NCBI GenBank assembly: GCA_963817825.1
Contig: CAWFQG010000028.1
Coordinates: 3,354-67,353, forward strand
Reading direction: 5' to 3'
Length of the DNA: 64,000 nucleotides
Origin: an uncultured Actinomycetota bacterium
GTDB lineage: Bacteria > Actinomycetota > Actinomycetes > Mycobacteriales > Mycobacteriaceae
In this document: piece after piece, positions 18,385-30,580 of the stretch
How positions within the stretch are numbered: position 1 is the first letter of the stretch
Layout of the letters: each line of letters begins with the position of its first letter
Position numbers and translations under genes: made by a program
Notes under the pieces: generated by a model
Told to the model about the DNA's origin: nothing
The model's database searches: none
What the model saw: the letters and a program-made list of their open reading frames with translations, nothing else

Positions 18385-19846
18385 TGGATTGCTGCCCGAC
18401 ATCGACGCGTTGGCGGCTGTAGACGACGCCACCTTGGTCGACGCGATCGGCGCCTGGTCGCGCACAGAAAACGCGGCGTGCGCACGCAAGCTGGCTGCCG
18501 TCGCCGAGCTCTTCTTCCGGCGCACCAATCTCAACAGTGCCCAAGAACGTCAGGACTGGTGGGTCGACCCCGAGGGCGCGGTGAGTGTCGAAATCGGAGC
18601 GGCCATGGGGACCAGCCGGGGGCTGGCCCTGGCCCAGGCGCACCGCGGGGTGGCATTGCGAGACCGGCTGCCGCAGGTGGCCGCGTTGTTCGCCGCCGGC
18701 GAGATCACCGATCTGTTGGTGCGCGCCATTGTGTCGGCGCACCCACCTCATCGAGGACCCTGAGGCGCTGGCCGCCGTCGACGAGGACCTGGCCGAGCGG
18801 GTGCGCCGATGGGGCGCGCTGACGGTGACCAAGACCGAGCAGGCCATCGACGCGATTGTGCTCGACCACGACGCGGGCGCACTGCGGCGCAGCACGGCCG
18901 CCGGCCACACGCGCGACGTCCAGTTCGGCTCACCCACCGACGAGGCCGGCTTTACCAGCATGTGGGCCCGGCTGTATGCCCACGACGGCGCAGTCCTTCA
19001 GCAGCGGCTCGACGAAATGGCCCACTCGGTGTGTGCCGATGACCCGCGCACGATGGCCGAAAGGCGTAACGATGCGCTGGCAGTTCTGGGCACTGGGAAG
19101 AAGCTGGCCTGCGGCTGCGGCGACGCGGCGTGCCCGGCAGGCGAACCGGGCGATGCGACGAGCAACATCGTCGTCAACGTGGTGGTCAACGATTCGACGG
19201 TAGCAGCGGCGAGCGCCGCCGAAACCCGGAAATGCACGCCGTCAACGGCTTTCGTGATGGGTGGCGGGATCATGCCCGCTGCGCTGCTGGCCGCGACCCT
19301 GGACCGTTCGACGGTCCGCGAAATACGGCATCCGGGCGACACACCGCCCGAACCGCGCTACGTACCCTCCCCAACACTGGCCAACTTCGTCCGGTGCCGA
19401 GACCTCACCTGCCGCTTCCCCGGCTGCGACAAGCCCGCCCAGTATTGCGATCTGGACCACACCGTGGCCTACCCGGTCGGACCCACCCACCCGTCAAATC
19501 TGAAGTGTTTGTGCCGCTTTCACCACCTCCTGAAAACCTTCTACAACGGCGTGCGCGGGTGGCGGGACCGTCAACTGCCCGACGGCACGATCATCTGGAC
19601 CTCACCTACCGGCCACACCTACACCACCCACCCCGGCAGCTTGCAGCTGTTCCCGACACTGTGTGAGCCCACCGCCACCCTGTGGACCGGCGAACCACCC
19701 ACCCCGGACACATCCACTGACCGCGGCGTGATGATGCCCAAACGCCGCCACAGCCGCGCCCAAGACAAGCCGCCAAAGCATGAGCCGCAGAACGCCGACT
19801 CAACGACCCCCTCGTCGCCGAACGCAATCGGCCACCACCCTTCTGA
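18377..19846 (+). pseudogene. REP13E12 DUF222/HNH endonuclease, frameshifted
   Basis: 'RTENAACARKLAAVAEL', 'VRCRDLTCRFPGC', 'CDLDHT', 'SNLKCLCRFHH'; +1 slip near 18737 and a second disruption near 19770; native end ...AERRLND...RPPPF-TGA at 19846. Confidence 0.85.
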
Positions 19847-19923
19847 GGGATGTGATCGACTCCATCGAAATGCATCGGGTGCACAAGCGATTACGGCGTG
19901 CGGAATCAGATTCGCCGCAGCCG

Positions 19924-21259
19924 CTACGGAGACGCGACGGCGAACAGGCGCCATTCGCCGGGTACGCCCTTGAGTGCGTGAGCGCCGCGGTCGTCGAATT
20001 CGAGCCCTGAGCCGATCACGAGGTCGCGCAGCGTGCTGGACACCAGTACGTCGTTCGGCCCTGCCAGTGCGGACACTCGCGCGCCAATGTGCACCGCGAT
20101 TCCGCCGATGTCGTCGCCGCGTACCTCGCACTCGCCGGTGTGCAACCCGGCACGCACCTCGATGCCCAACGCCTGCACCGCATCGCGAATTGCCATGGCG
20201 CAGCGAATCGCTCGCTGCGGACCGTCGAACATCGCCAGGAAACCGTCACCCGACGTGTTCACCTCGCGTCCCCGAAACCGCGCAAGCTGTGACCGGACGA
20301 CGGCGTCGTGAGCATCGAGCAGCGCGCGCCAGTCCCGGTCGCCCATCTCGGCGGCCCGCCGCGTCGAATCCACGATGTCGGTGAACAACACCGTGGCGAG
20401 AACACGGTCGTCGGCCACGTCAGCCTGGTGGCCGGTGAGGAACTCGGCGATCTCCTGGAAGGAATCTCGCCACGGTTCAACGAAGTGCCACAGGTTGCGA
20501 CCCGGCAGCTCGACGTACTTCGCACCCGATATGTGATCGGCAATGTATTTGCCCATCACAGGCTGGATGATCTGGTCGTCGGTGTGGTGGAGCACCAATG
20601 TCGGGACGCGGATACTCGGGAGCACGGCGCGCACGTCGGTTTCGAACAGGAGCGGCAGCATCAGGGCCAGGGTCCGTGGGCTCGACGCCAGGCGTTCGAA
20701 TCGAGCCCATGTCGCCCGGATCTCCTCGTTCCACGGCATGTCCGGATTCCAAATAGGTTGCAAACCTCCGGTGCCCCACATGCGGGGAGTAACGGTGTCA
20801 ACGTCGTCTTCGAACACGGCGGCGCGGAGTTCCTCGGGCCATTCGGCGACCGGATCGCTGGCGTATCCCTCGGCCACGACCAGCGCGGTGGTGCGAGACG
20901 GATGCGTCGCGGCGAACAGCGCCGCCGGTGCGAACGCCCCGTGGAAACCCAGGAGGACCGCTTCCCGGCTCCCGAGATCATCGAGCACCGCGGTGATGCT
21001 GTCGGCCCACTGCTCCAACGTCGGTAGCGCGCCCGGCGAGACGGGATCGGACGCTCCCGAGCCCGGCTGGTCGAAGAAAATCAGCCGACCGAGTGACGTC
21101 ATCGCCTCGACCCAACCCTGAATGGACGGTAACTCCGCAAAGAACCTCACAGCTCGTGAACCAGTTCGGGACGACCACAATGTCGCGCGCGCCCTCTCGC
21201 GACGCCCGATAGGCGACGCCCAAGTCCCCGTTCAGCGCATACCGCGTCTCCGAGAGCAC
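19924..21259 (-). pseudogene. LipJ-like alpha/beta hydrolase-adenylate cyclase fusion, frameshifted
   Basis: N-terminus VLSETRYALNGDLGVAY in one frame; rest (FFDQPGSG; TVLFTDIVDST; SGDGF; RAGLHTGE; LKGVPGEW) in another; extra T in the TTT at 21139-21141. Confidence 0.8.
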
Positions 21260-21511
21260 GGGCCGAAGTCTAAAGCCGGGAGCAGATCGCGTTGCGGTGT
21301 CTTGCAAGGTGCTCGCTTAAAGCGTTCTTCAGACAATCGCTGCCATTATCTGCTCAGCGACTTTCACCCGTGCTTCAGGATCACGACCTCAAAGGCCGCA
21401 AAAGTCAGGTACATAAGCGGTAGCGTCATTGGTTGCTGGCTGGGCTGTCGACGGTATTTGCCACCCGAAGCACTCGGCAACGCCCCAGCGGCGTTGTAAC
21501 GGGAGACAACC

Positions 21512-21802
21512 ATGAAGCGCTGCATCGTCGGAGGATTGGCTGCCCTGCTGATGGCCGCGGAGTTGATCACCTTGGCGCCGCCGGCCAGCGCCGGCTGCCA
21601 GTACGGAGGACCCGTTATCAGCAAGTGCGATGGACCCGTCCAGCCTGACGGCACCTGGCAACGTTGCGTGGCAGTTGCCCGCTTGATACCTAGCGGCCTC
21701 AGTTCCTACCTAGTGCCCGAGCGGCACTGCGATTCGATGGGCCCTGACCAGGGCCCTGGGGATCTCGCCTTCGCCGACCCACCAACGCACATCGACGACT
21801 GA
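21512..21802 (+). CDS. Secreted CDGP-domain protein
   Basis: Signal peptide PPASA|GC, motif CDGPVQPDGTWQRC, C-terminal PPTHIDD. Confidence 0.85.
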   Translation: MKRCIVGGLAALLMAAELITLAPPASAGCQYGGPVISKCDGPVQPDGTWQRCVAVARLIPSGLSSYLVPERHCDSMGPDQGPGDLAFADPPTHIDD

Positions 21803-21950
21803 GTTGCGAACCCTACGTGAAATGAGAGAACCAAGGGCCAGGGGTCTACGCCCGTCCCGGTGAAGCGTAGTTAAGCCAATCGGTGACACCACCTTCGAAA
21901 ACGTTTTGGAACGGCCTGGGGGGTGGCTCGACCGACAGTTGCCAGGCGGG

Positions 21951-22187
21951 TCAGGCGGTTGGAGTCAGTTCCAACAATCGATCGCGATTCGCGGCAAGCA
22001 GGGCCAGTTCCTTGCGCGCCCGACGTTCGACGAGCAGCAGAATGTAGTCGCGGATCACGCTCGGCGCCAGGTGCATGTAGGCATCTTCGACGGCGGTGGC
22101 GATCAGGCCCGCAGGCAATTGAGAGAACTTGCCCACAAGGCGTCCTACGACCTCGTCCAGCAGCTCTCGCTCACTTTTCTTTGCCAT
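21951..22187 (-). CDS. Three-helix-bundle (DUF3562-like) small protein
   Basis: 'VVGRLVGKF...IATAVEDAY...IRDYILLLVERRARKEL'. Confidence 0.75.
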   Translation of the reverse strand: MAKKSERELLDEVVGRLVGKFSQLPAGLIATAVEDAYMHLAPSVIRDYILLLVERRARKELALLAANRDRLLELTPTA

Positions 22188-22210
22188 GCCAAGGATTGTG
22201 AGGGCTGCAC

Positions 22211-22245
22211 TTGACGCCCGTCAAATAACGTCAATTAATGTGACG
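22211..22245. promoter_or_regulatory. Two adjacent inverted repeats with TGACG/CGTCA half-sites
   Basis: TTGACG-CC-CGTCAA (22211-22224) and CGTCA-ATTAATG-TGACG (22229-22245). Confidence 0.35.
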
Positions 22246-22319
22246 AAGACCTCATAGCCCCTGTCCTCACGCAGGTAGCTTCCCCGTCGTGTGGACCTCA
22301 CCGACGTCCGAGGCTTAGA

Positions 22320-22700
22320 TCACAACTGGCCACCCGGCGGCATGTACGTGCTCGAGTAGTAACTGGCCAGGTCCTCGAAATAGTTGACGTGGTCGGTAAC
22401 CTCCGGGACCGGGTCGACCCTGGGCGCGTGCTCGATCTGGTCCTTCGTACGGTCGACGTACACCTTCCTCTCCGTTGCGTCGATCCGCTCCACGACACCT
22501 ACAGGCAACATCACGTGGTGGCCGAAAAGCCACGACCCGACGTCTACGTAGAGGTGCGCCGGGCGGGGGCCGTCATACTCTGCCTCGACGACTTGACCGA
22601 GATCGCCGTCGACAGCGACAAGCTTGTAGCCGGTTAGCTCAGTCCCCTTCACGAACCCGGCCTCGGCCCGGTACTCCCACGGCTTGAAGGTGGTCATCAT
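22320..22700 (-). CDS. PRC-barrel domain protein
   Basis: 'LTGYKLVAVDGDLGQV', 'LYVDVGSWLFGHHVMLP', 'KVYVDRTKDQIEHAP'. Confidence 0.85.
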   Translation of the reverse strand: MMTTFKPWEYRAEAGFVKGTELTGYKLVAVDGDLGQVVEAEYDGPRPAHLYVDVGSWLFGHHVMLPVGVVERIDATERKVYVDRTKDQIEHAPRVDPVPEVTDHVNYFEDLASYYSSTYMPPGGQL

Positions 22701-22825
22701 TACCCATCTCCTTCCTATCCTGTAGGCACTTGCTCGATTCCTCAATCCTCCACCCGCCGCTGCCCGCCGTCCACGAGCGGCCCGGAGTGTTCCTCCTGCA
22801 GGAAATACGTGGTGTCACCCGTCAA

Positions 22826-23030
22826 TCCCTCACCGGGCACAGCTACACGACGTATCCGGGCAGCAAGCACCTGTTCCCGAAACTGTGCGCACCGACCGCC
22901 ACGCTGTGGACGGGTGAACCACCGATTGTTGAGTCGACATGTGACCGCGGGGTGATGATGCCCAAACGCCGCCACACGCGCGCCAAAGACCAAGCTCGCC
23001 GCATCACTGCAGAACGCCGACTCAACGACC
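22826..23030 (+). pseudogene. 3' fragment of a second REP13E12/DUF222 gene
   Basis: TGHSYTTYPGSKHLFPKLCAPTATLWTGEPP...DRGVMMPKRRHTRA...AERRLND aligns by eye with 19601-19810. Confidence 0.8.
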
Positions 23031-23062
23031 GCCGCACGAAACAAGCCACCACCGTCAGGTGT

Positions 23063-24177
23063 TCAGGGCGCGACGGTGAGCCAATCGGCGAAGCCCGATG
23101 GATCGTGGCGTCCTAGTGCGCCGTGCTCGAACAGGCCCCATCCCTCGGCAGGCGTGCCGTTACCCTCGGTGCACACCGCACGCCCGACGTGGTCGATCAC
23201 GCCGAAGCCCGCGCGACCGATGATCGCCGGATCGGTCATGTCGTAGGTCAGCCGCTCGGTGAACTTGTCGCCCTTCCACATGCCGTGGATCCAGTCCGAG
23301 TCGCCGCCGTATCCACCGCCGACGTGAATGGGTACGGGCAGTTTGGATTCCACATCGAACCGCACCGGCGTGCCGTCGGCCGCGGTCGCGTCGATCGTCG
23401 CACCGGTCGGTATCCGGGTGCCGGACGTGTAGTGGATCTTCACCCGCGGCCAGCCCAGCTGCTCGACGCGGCCGTCCTTCCAGACGCGGGTGCAGTCGTT
23501 CAGTGACCGGAATCCGCTGGGCTCCTCCTGGATGATGAGCACGATCGAGAAGTCGTCGAACGCCATCGGCACGTACAGCCACCACATGCCCTCGAACGGC
23601 GGATCCGCAGGCCGCCCAGCGGGTTCCGCCTCACCGATCGGCCGGATGCCCCAGGACCGGTCCCTTGACCCGATCCACACCGACGGGTCGACGGTGATCT
23701 CCTCGCCGTCGATGACGACGTGCCCACTCCACGAACCCACCTGGGCGAATCGCTGCGCGTCCAACGTGATTCGGGTACCGGCCCGCAAAATGTGCCGTTG
23801 CTCCTGGACGACGTCGAACAGCCCGTTCCATGTCATGTCGACGGCCATGCCCTCGGTCTCGTCCATGACGATGCGCAACTGGTGCAGCGGGTCGGTGACC
23901 TCGACGCGATAGCCCAGCACCTTCTGGTTCAGCCGATCCTGATCGAGGGCGTCCGAAAGATGCACCGCGGTCTGCTCGTCGCCGCGCCGGACGAGCACGA
24001 ACGCGTCCTTCACCCCGAGGTTGGGGTAGTGGCCGATACCGGAGATCAGGAAGATGTCGCCGCTGCGGTCGTGGGCGTTGAAGTACGACCGGTCGTAGAA
24101 GTTGCGGTCCGAGCTGCCCGGCCACGCGATCGGCTGGGGGATCTGGTGGACCGGGAACTCATCCATAGGGCCGAGCA

Positions 24178-24178
<1 letters not shown>
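23063..24178 (-). CDS. Conserved actinobacterial protein (Rv3169-like)
   Basis: 'DEFPVHQIPQP', 'DRNFYDRSYF', 'RDRSWGIRP', 'GLFEHG'; coupled to the phosphotransferase. Confidence 0.8.
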
Positions 24179-25352
<1,174 letters not shown>

Positions 25353-25354
<2 letters not shown>

Positions 25355-25955
25355 GAAAGCAGACCCGACATCGATTGACAAGGCCCCGTCGGCCGGGCGG
25401 CCCCGGGATCCTCGTATTGACGCTGCCATATTGCGCGCGACCACGGATCTGCTTGTGGAAATCGGCTATTCGAACCTGACCATGGCCGCGGTCGCCCAGC
25501 GGGCGGGTACCACCAAGACGGCGCTGTATCGCCGGTGGTCGAGCAAGGCCGAGCTCGTCCACGAAGCGGCCTTTCCCGCCGCGCCAACGGCGATCGAGAC
25601 CCCGCCGGGGGATTTCCGCGCCGATGTCCGCGCGATGATCGCCGCGGCAAGGGATGTGTTCACCAGCCCGGTGGTGCGGGCGGCGTTACCCGGTCTGATC
25701 GCCGACATGACGGCAGACGCCGAACTGAACACGCGGGTGATGGACCGGTTCAACGACGCGTTCGCCGCCGTGCGGTCCCGGTTGACGGACGCGCTGCGGC
25801 GCGGCGACGTCCATGCCGATATCAATCCCGACCGGCTCATCGAAGTCATCGGCGGGACCACGATGCTGCGCCTGCTGTTGTGGCCCGACAAGGAACTCGA
25901 CGAGGAATGGGTCGACGAGACGACTGCGATCGTCGCCCACGGTGTGATTGCCTGA
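25353..25955 (+). CDS. TetR/AcrR regulator (Rv3167c-like)
   Basis: GRPRDP...LTMAAVAQRAGTTKTALYRRWSSK HTH. Confidence 0.9.
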
Positions 25956-25959
25956 CACC

Positions 25960-26643
25960 ATGGTTCAGCCGTTCCCCACCGAATGGCGCACCGCGCTGGT
26001 GCTGGTGCCTCATCCCGATGACCCCGAGTACGGCGTGGCCGCTGCCGTCGCCAAATGGACCTCACAGGGCAAGACCGTGTACTACGCGTTGGCGTGCCGC
26101 GGTGAGGTCGGCATCAAAGGTATGCCGCCCGAAGAGGCGGGCCCGCTGCGCGAGGGCGAACAACGGCTTTCGGCGGCCATCGTCGGGGTGGATCACGTGG
26201 AGTTCTGGGACTTTCCCGACAGCCAGATATTCGACACGCCCGAACTGCGCGCCAAGATCGCCGAAACGATCACCGAGTTGGCGCCCGACGTCGTGCTCAC
26301 GCTGTACAGCGGTCCGGAGTGGGCGCCGGGCGCACCCAATCAGCGAGACCACATCGAGTTCTCGAATGCCGTTGCCGCCGCATATCATTCGCTGCCCGAC
26401 CCGCCGCAGTGGTTTTTCGAGTGCGGTCCGTCCGGGACGCACGGCGAGGTGGTGGACGGGTTCATCGACGTCGCGGTCGAATCGCTGTGCGCCCACGATG
26501 TCTACCTCTCGGTGCTCGATCCCGACACACCGGTCGTCGAGCAGGCCCGAAATCAGGTCGACAGGACGACGCAGCCGCCGCTGCCTGGGCTCGACGGCGA
26601 TCGTTCGGTCGAGTTCATCCTGAAAAAGCAGGTCGGCAACTAG
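25960..26643 (+). CDS. PIG-L/LmbE-family deacetylase
   Basis: PHPDDPE, REGEQ, NQRDH motifs. Confidence 0.9.
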   Translation: MVQPFPTEWRTALVLVPHPDDPEYGVAAAVAKWTSQGKTVYYALACRGEVGIKGMPPEEAGPLREGEQRLSAAIVGVDHVEFWDFPDSQIFDTPELRAKIAETITELAPDVVLTLYSGPEWAPGAPNQRDHIEFSNAVAAAYHSLPDPPQWFFECGPSGTHGEVVDGFIDVAVESLCAHDVYLSVLDPDTPVVEQARNQVDRTTQPPLPGLDGDRSVEFILKKQVGN

Positions 26644-27419
26644 CCGCCGTCGATCTGTCGCTTGTTGCGCTCGGACACTGCGCGGAACTGGTCGCCGAGG
26701 CCCTCGAAATCGCGGTGCTGCGCGAACGCGATCTTCCCCTCGGCGGCCAACGCGGGATCGATCACCGCGGCGGCACCTGTGGTGTAAATCTCCTTGAGCC
26801 CCAGCATGGTTGGGCCGGGTACCTCGGCGATCTGGCCGGCCAGCTCCAGTGCGCGGTCGAGCAGCCGGTCATGAGCGACGACCTCGGTCACCAGCCCGAT
26901 GCGTTCGGCCCGCGCGGCGTCGACGACCTCTCCGGTCATCGACAGCCGCCGTGCCATGGCGAGGCCGACGAGCTGGGGGAGTCGCGCGGTCATTCCGCCG
27001 CCGGGCAGGATGCCGACGCGGGCGTGGGTGTCGGCGAACACCGCGCGCTCGGACGCGATGAGAAAGTCGCAACCCAGCGCCATCTCCAGGCCGCCGGTGA
27101 ACACCGCCCCGTTGATCGCCCCGATGATCGGCGTGCGCATCTTCGCCACCGCGGCGATGCAGCTCTGCGACCGGAACTCCTCGAAATACCCGAGGCCGTC
27201 GCGCTGCGCCTCCTTGAGATCAACGCCTGCGCAGAACGCGGGATCCGTCCCGGTGAGCACCACCACCCGAACCGACTCGTCGGCGTCGGCCTCGGTCAGC
27301 GCCGCGTACGCGGACCTGATCAGGTCGCGGCTCAACGCGTTCCTGGCAGCGGGCCGGTTCAGCGTCAGCACCCGAACCGGACCGTGATCGGCCGTCAGGA
27401 CAAGCGATTGGGTACTCAT
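26640..27419 (-). CDS. Enoyl-CoA hydratase/isomerase
   Basis: NRPAARNAL, AFCAGVDL, TGGLEMALGCD, DTHARVG. Confidence 0.9.
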   Translation of the reverse strand: MSTQSLVLTADHGPVRVLTLNRPAARNALSRDLIRSAYAALTEADADESVRVVVLTGTDPAFCAGVDLKEAQRDGLGYFEEFRSQSCIAAVAKMRTPIIGAINGAVFTGGLEMALGCDFLIASERAVFADTHARVGILPGGGMTARLPQLVGLAMARRLSMTGEVVDAARAERIGLVTEVVAHDRLLDRALELAGQIAEVPGPTMLGLKEIYTTGAAAVIDPALAAEGKIAFAQHRDFEGLGDQFRAVSERNKRQIDGG

Positions 27420-27428
27420 GACCGATGG

Positions 27429-29006
27429 CTAGCGCAGGAACTGGTTGGCGATGTTGGCCAGGTCCAACAGCGGTTGCGGAAGCGCGCCGAGCGCGAACGT
27501 GACAGCGGCGGTGACCGTGACGACGGCCGTGGTGAAGACGCTGGGCACCACCACGTCGGGAGCATCGTCGGGCCGGTCGGTGAAGAACATCAGCACGATG
27601 ACCCGCACATAGAAGTACGCGGCGATCGCGCTGGCGATCACACCGACGATCACCAGCGGTATCGCACCGCCCTCGCCCGCCGCCTTGAACACCGCGAACT
27701 TGCTGACGAACCCGCTCGTCAGCGGGATGCCGGCGAAGGCGAGCAGGAAGAGCGAAAACACAATGCCGACAATGGGATAGCGTCGACCGAGGCCGGCCCA
27801 GCGGGCCATCGCGGTCTCTTCCTCACCCGCCTTGTCGCGAACCAGCCCGACGACTGCGAACGCGCCGACCGTGCTGAACCCATAGGCGAACAGGTAGAAC
27901 AGCGTCGACGACAGGCCCGATTCGTTGAGGGCGATGACGCCGGTCAAGATGAACCCTGTATGCGCGATGGCGGAGTAGGCGAGCATCCGCTTGACATCCG
28001 TTTGGGTGACCGCGGTGACCGTGCCGACGATCATCGTCAGGATCGCGATCGCCCACAACACCGGACGCCATTCGGCGTGCAGCTCGGGTACCCCGACGTA
28101 GAAGATTCGCAGCAGGGCGCCGAACGCCGCGATCTTGGTGGCCGCGGCCATGAACGCCGTGATCGGCGTCGGGGCGCCCTGATAGACGTCGGGAATCCAC
28201 GAATGGAACGGCACCGCGCCGACCTTGAACAACACACCGACGAGCAGCAAGCCGACGCCGATCAGGGCCAGTGACGTGTTCCCTGAGCCCGCTGAGATCG
28301 TGTCGGCGATCCCGACCAGGCTCAGTGTGCCCGAGTAGCCGTACAGCATCGCCGCGCCATACAGGAAGAACGCCGATGAAAATGCGCCGAGCAGAAAGTA
28401 TTTCAGCGCCGCTTCCTGCGACAGCAGCCGACGACGACGGGCCAGTCCGCACATCAGATACAGCGGAAACGACAGTACCTCGAGCGCGATGAACATCGTC
28501 AGCAGATCGTCTGCCGCCGGGAACAACAGCATCCCGCCGACGGCGAACATCGTCAGCGGGAACACCTCGGTCTGCATCACCCCGGCCTTGGTGGCCAGCT
28601 TCTCCGCGACACTGCCCACGACGGCAGACGCTTGCGGGGTGAACGAATCCAGCCCGCCCCCTTCGCCTTCGGACGCCGAGCCGGTGCTGATTCGTCTTTC
28701 GGCGATCAACAGCACCCCGAGCACACCGACCAGCAGGATGGTGGCCTGTAGGAACAGCGCGGGGGCGTCGACGGCGACCGCGCCGGTGACCGCCGTGCGG
28801 CCGACTGCGCCGTGCAGCCCACGGGCCAGTTGCACCACCGCGACGAACGCGGCCACCAGCCCCACCAGGCTCACCAACACCTGGACCACGTAGCGCCTTT
28901 CGCGCGACACGAACGCCTCCACCAGCACGCCGACGATGGCGGCTCCAAACACGATCAGCATCGGCGACAGCAGTCCGTACTCGACGCTTGGCGTTGGCAT
29001 GTTCAT
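27429..29006 (-). CDS. nuoN: NADH-quinone oxidoreductase subunit N
   Basis: EAALKYF, FKVGAVPFHSWIPDVYQGAP; last gene of the nuo operon. Confidence 0.97.
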   Translation of the reverse strand: MNMPTPSVEYGLLSPMLIVFGAAIVGVLVEAFVSRERRYVVQVLVSLVGLVAAFVAVVQLARGLHGAVGRTAVTGAVAVDAPALFLQATILLVGVLGVLLIAERRISTGSASEGEGGGLDSFTPQASAVVGSVAEKLATKAGVMQTEVFPLTMFAVGGMLLFPAADDLLTMFIALEVLSFPLYLMCGLARRRRLLSQEAALKYFLLGAFSSAFFLYGAAMLYGYSGTLSLVGIADTISAGSGNTSLALIGVGLLLVGVLFKVGAVPFHSWIPDVYQGAPTPITAFMAAATKIAAFGALLRIFYVGVPELHAEWRPVLWAIAILTMIVGTVTAVTQTDVKRMLAYSAIAHTGFILTGVIALNESGLSSTLFYLFAYGFSTVGAFAVVGLVRDKAGEEETAMARWAGLGRRYPIVGIVFSLFLLAFAGIPLTSGFVSKFAVFKAAGEGGAIPLVIVGVIASAIAAYFYVRVIVLMFFTDRPDDAPDVVVPSVFTTAVVTVTAAVTFALGALPQPLLDLANIANQFLR

Positions 29007-30580
29007 CGCGCCGGGCCTTCCGCCAGTTTGGGTGCGGGATCGGGTTGGTCGATCGTGGTCAAGGTGTGGTTGACGGCCGGATTGATCACGTCCAGAGCCA
29101 CTTTCGGATATACGCCGAGCACCAGTAGCAAGGCGATCAGCGGCGCCACCACCGCTAGCTCGCGGGGCACGAGATCGCGCAGCCGGTCGTTACCGTCGGC
29201 TAGATGGTCCGGCACGGGTCCGCCCATCATCCGTTGGTACATCCACAGGATGTAGACCGCGGACAGCACCAGGGCGCTCGACGCGACCACCGCGAACACC
29301 GGGTAACGCGTGAATGTGCCGATCAGCACCAGGAATTCGCTGATGAACGGCGCCAGCCCCGGAAGGGACAGCGTCGCCAACCCGGAGACCAGGAACGTGC
29401 CAGCCAGCACCGGTGCCACCTTCTGCACGCCGCCGTAGTCGGCGATCAACCGGGTTCCCTTGCGGGACACCAGGAATCCGGCGATCAAGAACAGTGCCGC
29501 CGTGGATATCCCGTGGTTGACCATGTAGAGCGTGGAACCGGACTGGCCCTGCGATGTCATCACGAAGATGCCGAGGATGATGAAGCCGAAGTGGGAGATC
29601 GACGTGTACGCGATCAGCCGCATGACATCGGTCTGCCCGATCGCCAGGATCGCGCCGTAGACGATGCCGACCACCGCCAGCGTGATGATCAACGGCCGGA
29701 AATACGCTGATGCGTCGGGGAACATCTGCAGGCAGTACCGCAGCATGCCGAAGGTGCCGACCTTGTCCATGATGGCCATCATCAGCACCGCGCTCGCCGG
29801 GGTCGCCTCGACCGCCGCATCGGGCAGCCAGCGGTGGAACGGCCACAGCGGTGCCTTCACCGCGAACGCGAACATGAAGCCGAGGAACAGCGCGTTGAGG
29901 ATCGCCGGGTTCACCGCGAGGGCGCCACTGGACACCGCCGCGACGATCGCCCGGAAGTCGAAGGTGCCTGCGCCGAAGGCGTCGCTCTGGGCGGTCACCA
30001 CGTACAGGCCGACGACCGCGGCCAACATGATCAACCCGCCGAACAGGTTGTACAGCAGGAATTTCACCGCAGCCTTCGAACGCTGCTCGCCGCCGAACCC
30101 GCCGATGAGGAAGTACATCGGGATGAGCATGGCCTCGAAGAAGACGTAGAACAGCAGCACGTCCAGCGAGATCAGCGACATGACGACCATGCCCTCGACG
30201 GCCAGCGTCAGCGCCAAGTACGTGTGGGTGGACCGGCCGCGCAGACCGACCTGGTCGTCGGCGTCGTTCCATCCGGCCACGATCAGCAGCGGCACCAGGA
30301 CTGCCGTCAGCACGATGAGCGCCAGCGCGATGCCGTCGATGCCGAGGATGTAGCCGGTGCCGAAAGACGGTATCCAGGGATGGGATTCGACGAATTGGTA
30401 TTGCGGGCCGCTCGGGTTGAAGCCGACCGCCAGCGCGATGCCCAGCGCCAGCACGACGACCGAGATCAGCAGCGCGAACCATTTGGCCAGCGCACGCCCT
30501 GAGGCGGGAATGAGCATCACCAGCGGGGCGCCCAGCATCGGCACCGCCCACAGAATCGTCAGCCAGGGGATCGAGGTCAC
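29003..30580 (-). CDS. nuoM: NADH-quinone oxidoreductase subunit M
   Basis: [25 protein letters not shown]; GTG 30580 overlaps the nuoL stop. Confidence 0.97.
   Translation of the reverse strand: MTSIPWLTILWAVPMLGAPLVMLIPASGRALAKWFALLISVVVLALGIALAVGFNPSGPQYQFVESHPWIPSFGTGYILGIDGIALALIVLTAVLVPLLIVAGWNDADDQVGLRGRSTHTYLALTLAVEGMVVMSLISLDVLLFYVFFEAMLIPMYFLIGGFGGEQRSKAAVKFLLYNLFGGLIMLAAVVGLYVVTAQSDAFGAGTFDFRAIVAAVSSGALAVNPAILNALFLGFMFAFAVKAPLWPFHRWLPDAAVEATPASAVLMMAIMDKVGTFGMLRYCLQMFPDASAYFRPLIITLAVVGIVYGAILAIGQTDVMRLIAYTSISHFGFIILGIFVMTSQGQSGSTLYMVNHGISTAALFLIAGFLVSRKGTRLIADYGGVQKVAPVLAGTFLVSGLATLSLPGLAPFISEFLVLIGTFTRYPVFAVVASSALVLSAVYILWMYQRMMGGPVPDHLADGNDRLRDLVPRELAVVAPLIALLLVLGVYPKVALDVINPAVNHTLTTIDQPDPAPKLAEGPAR

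Noticed and set aside
21894-21909. SOS-box-like TCGAAAACGTTTTGGA
   Set aside because: Three mismatches to consensus and no suitable downstream start
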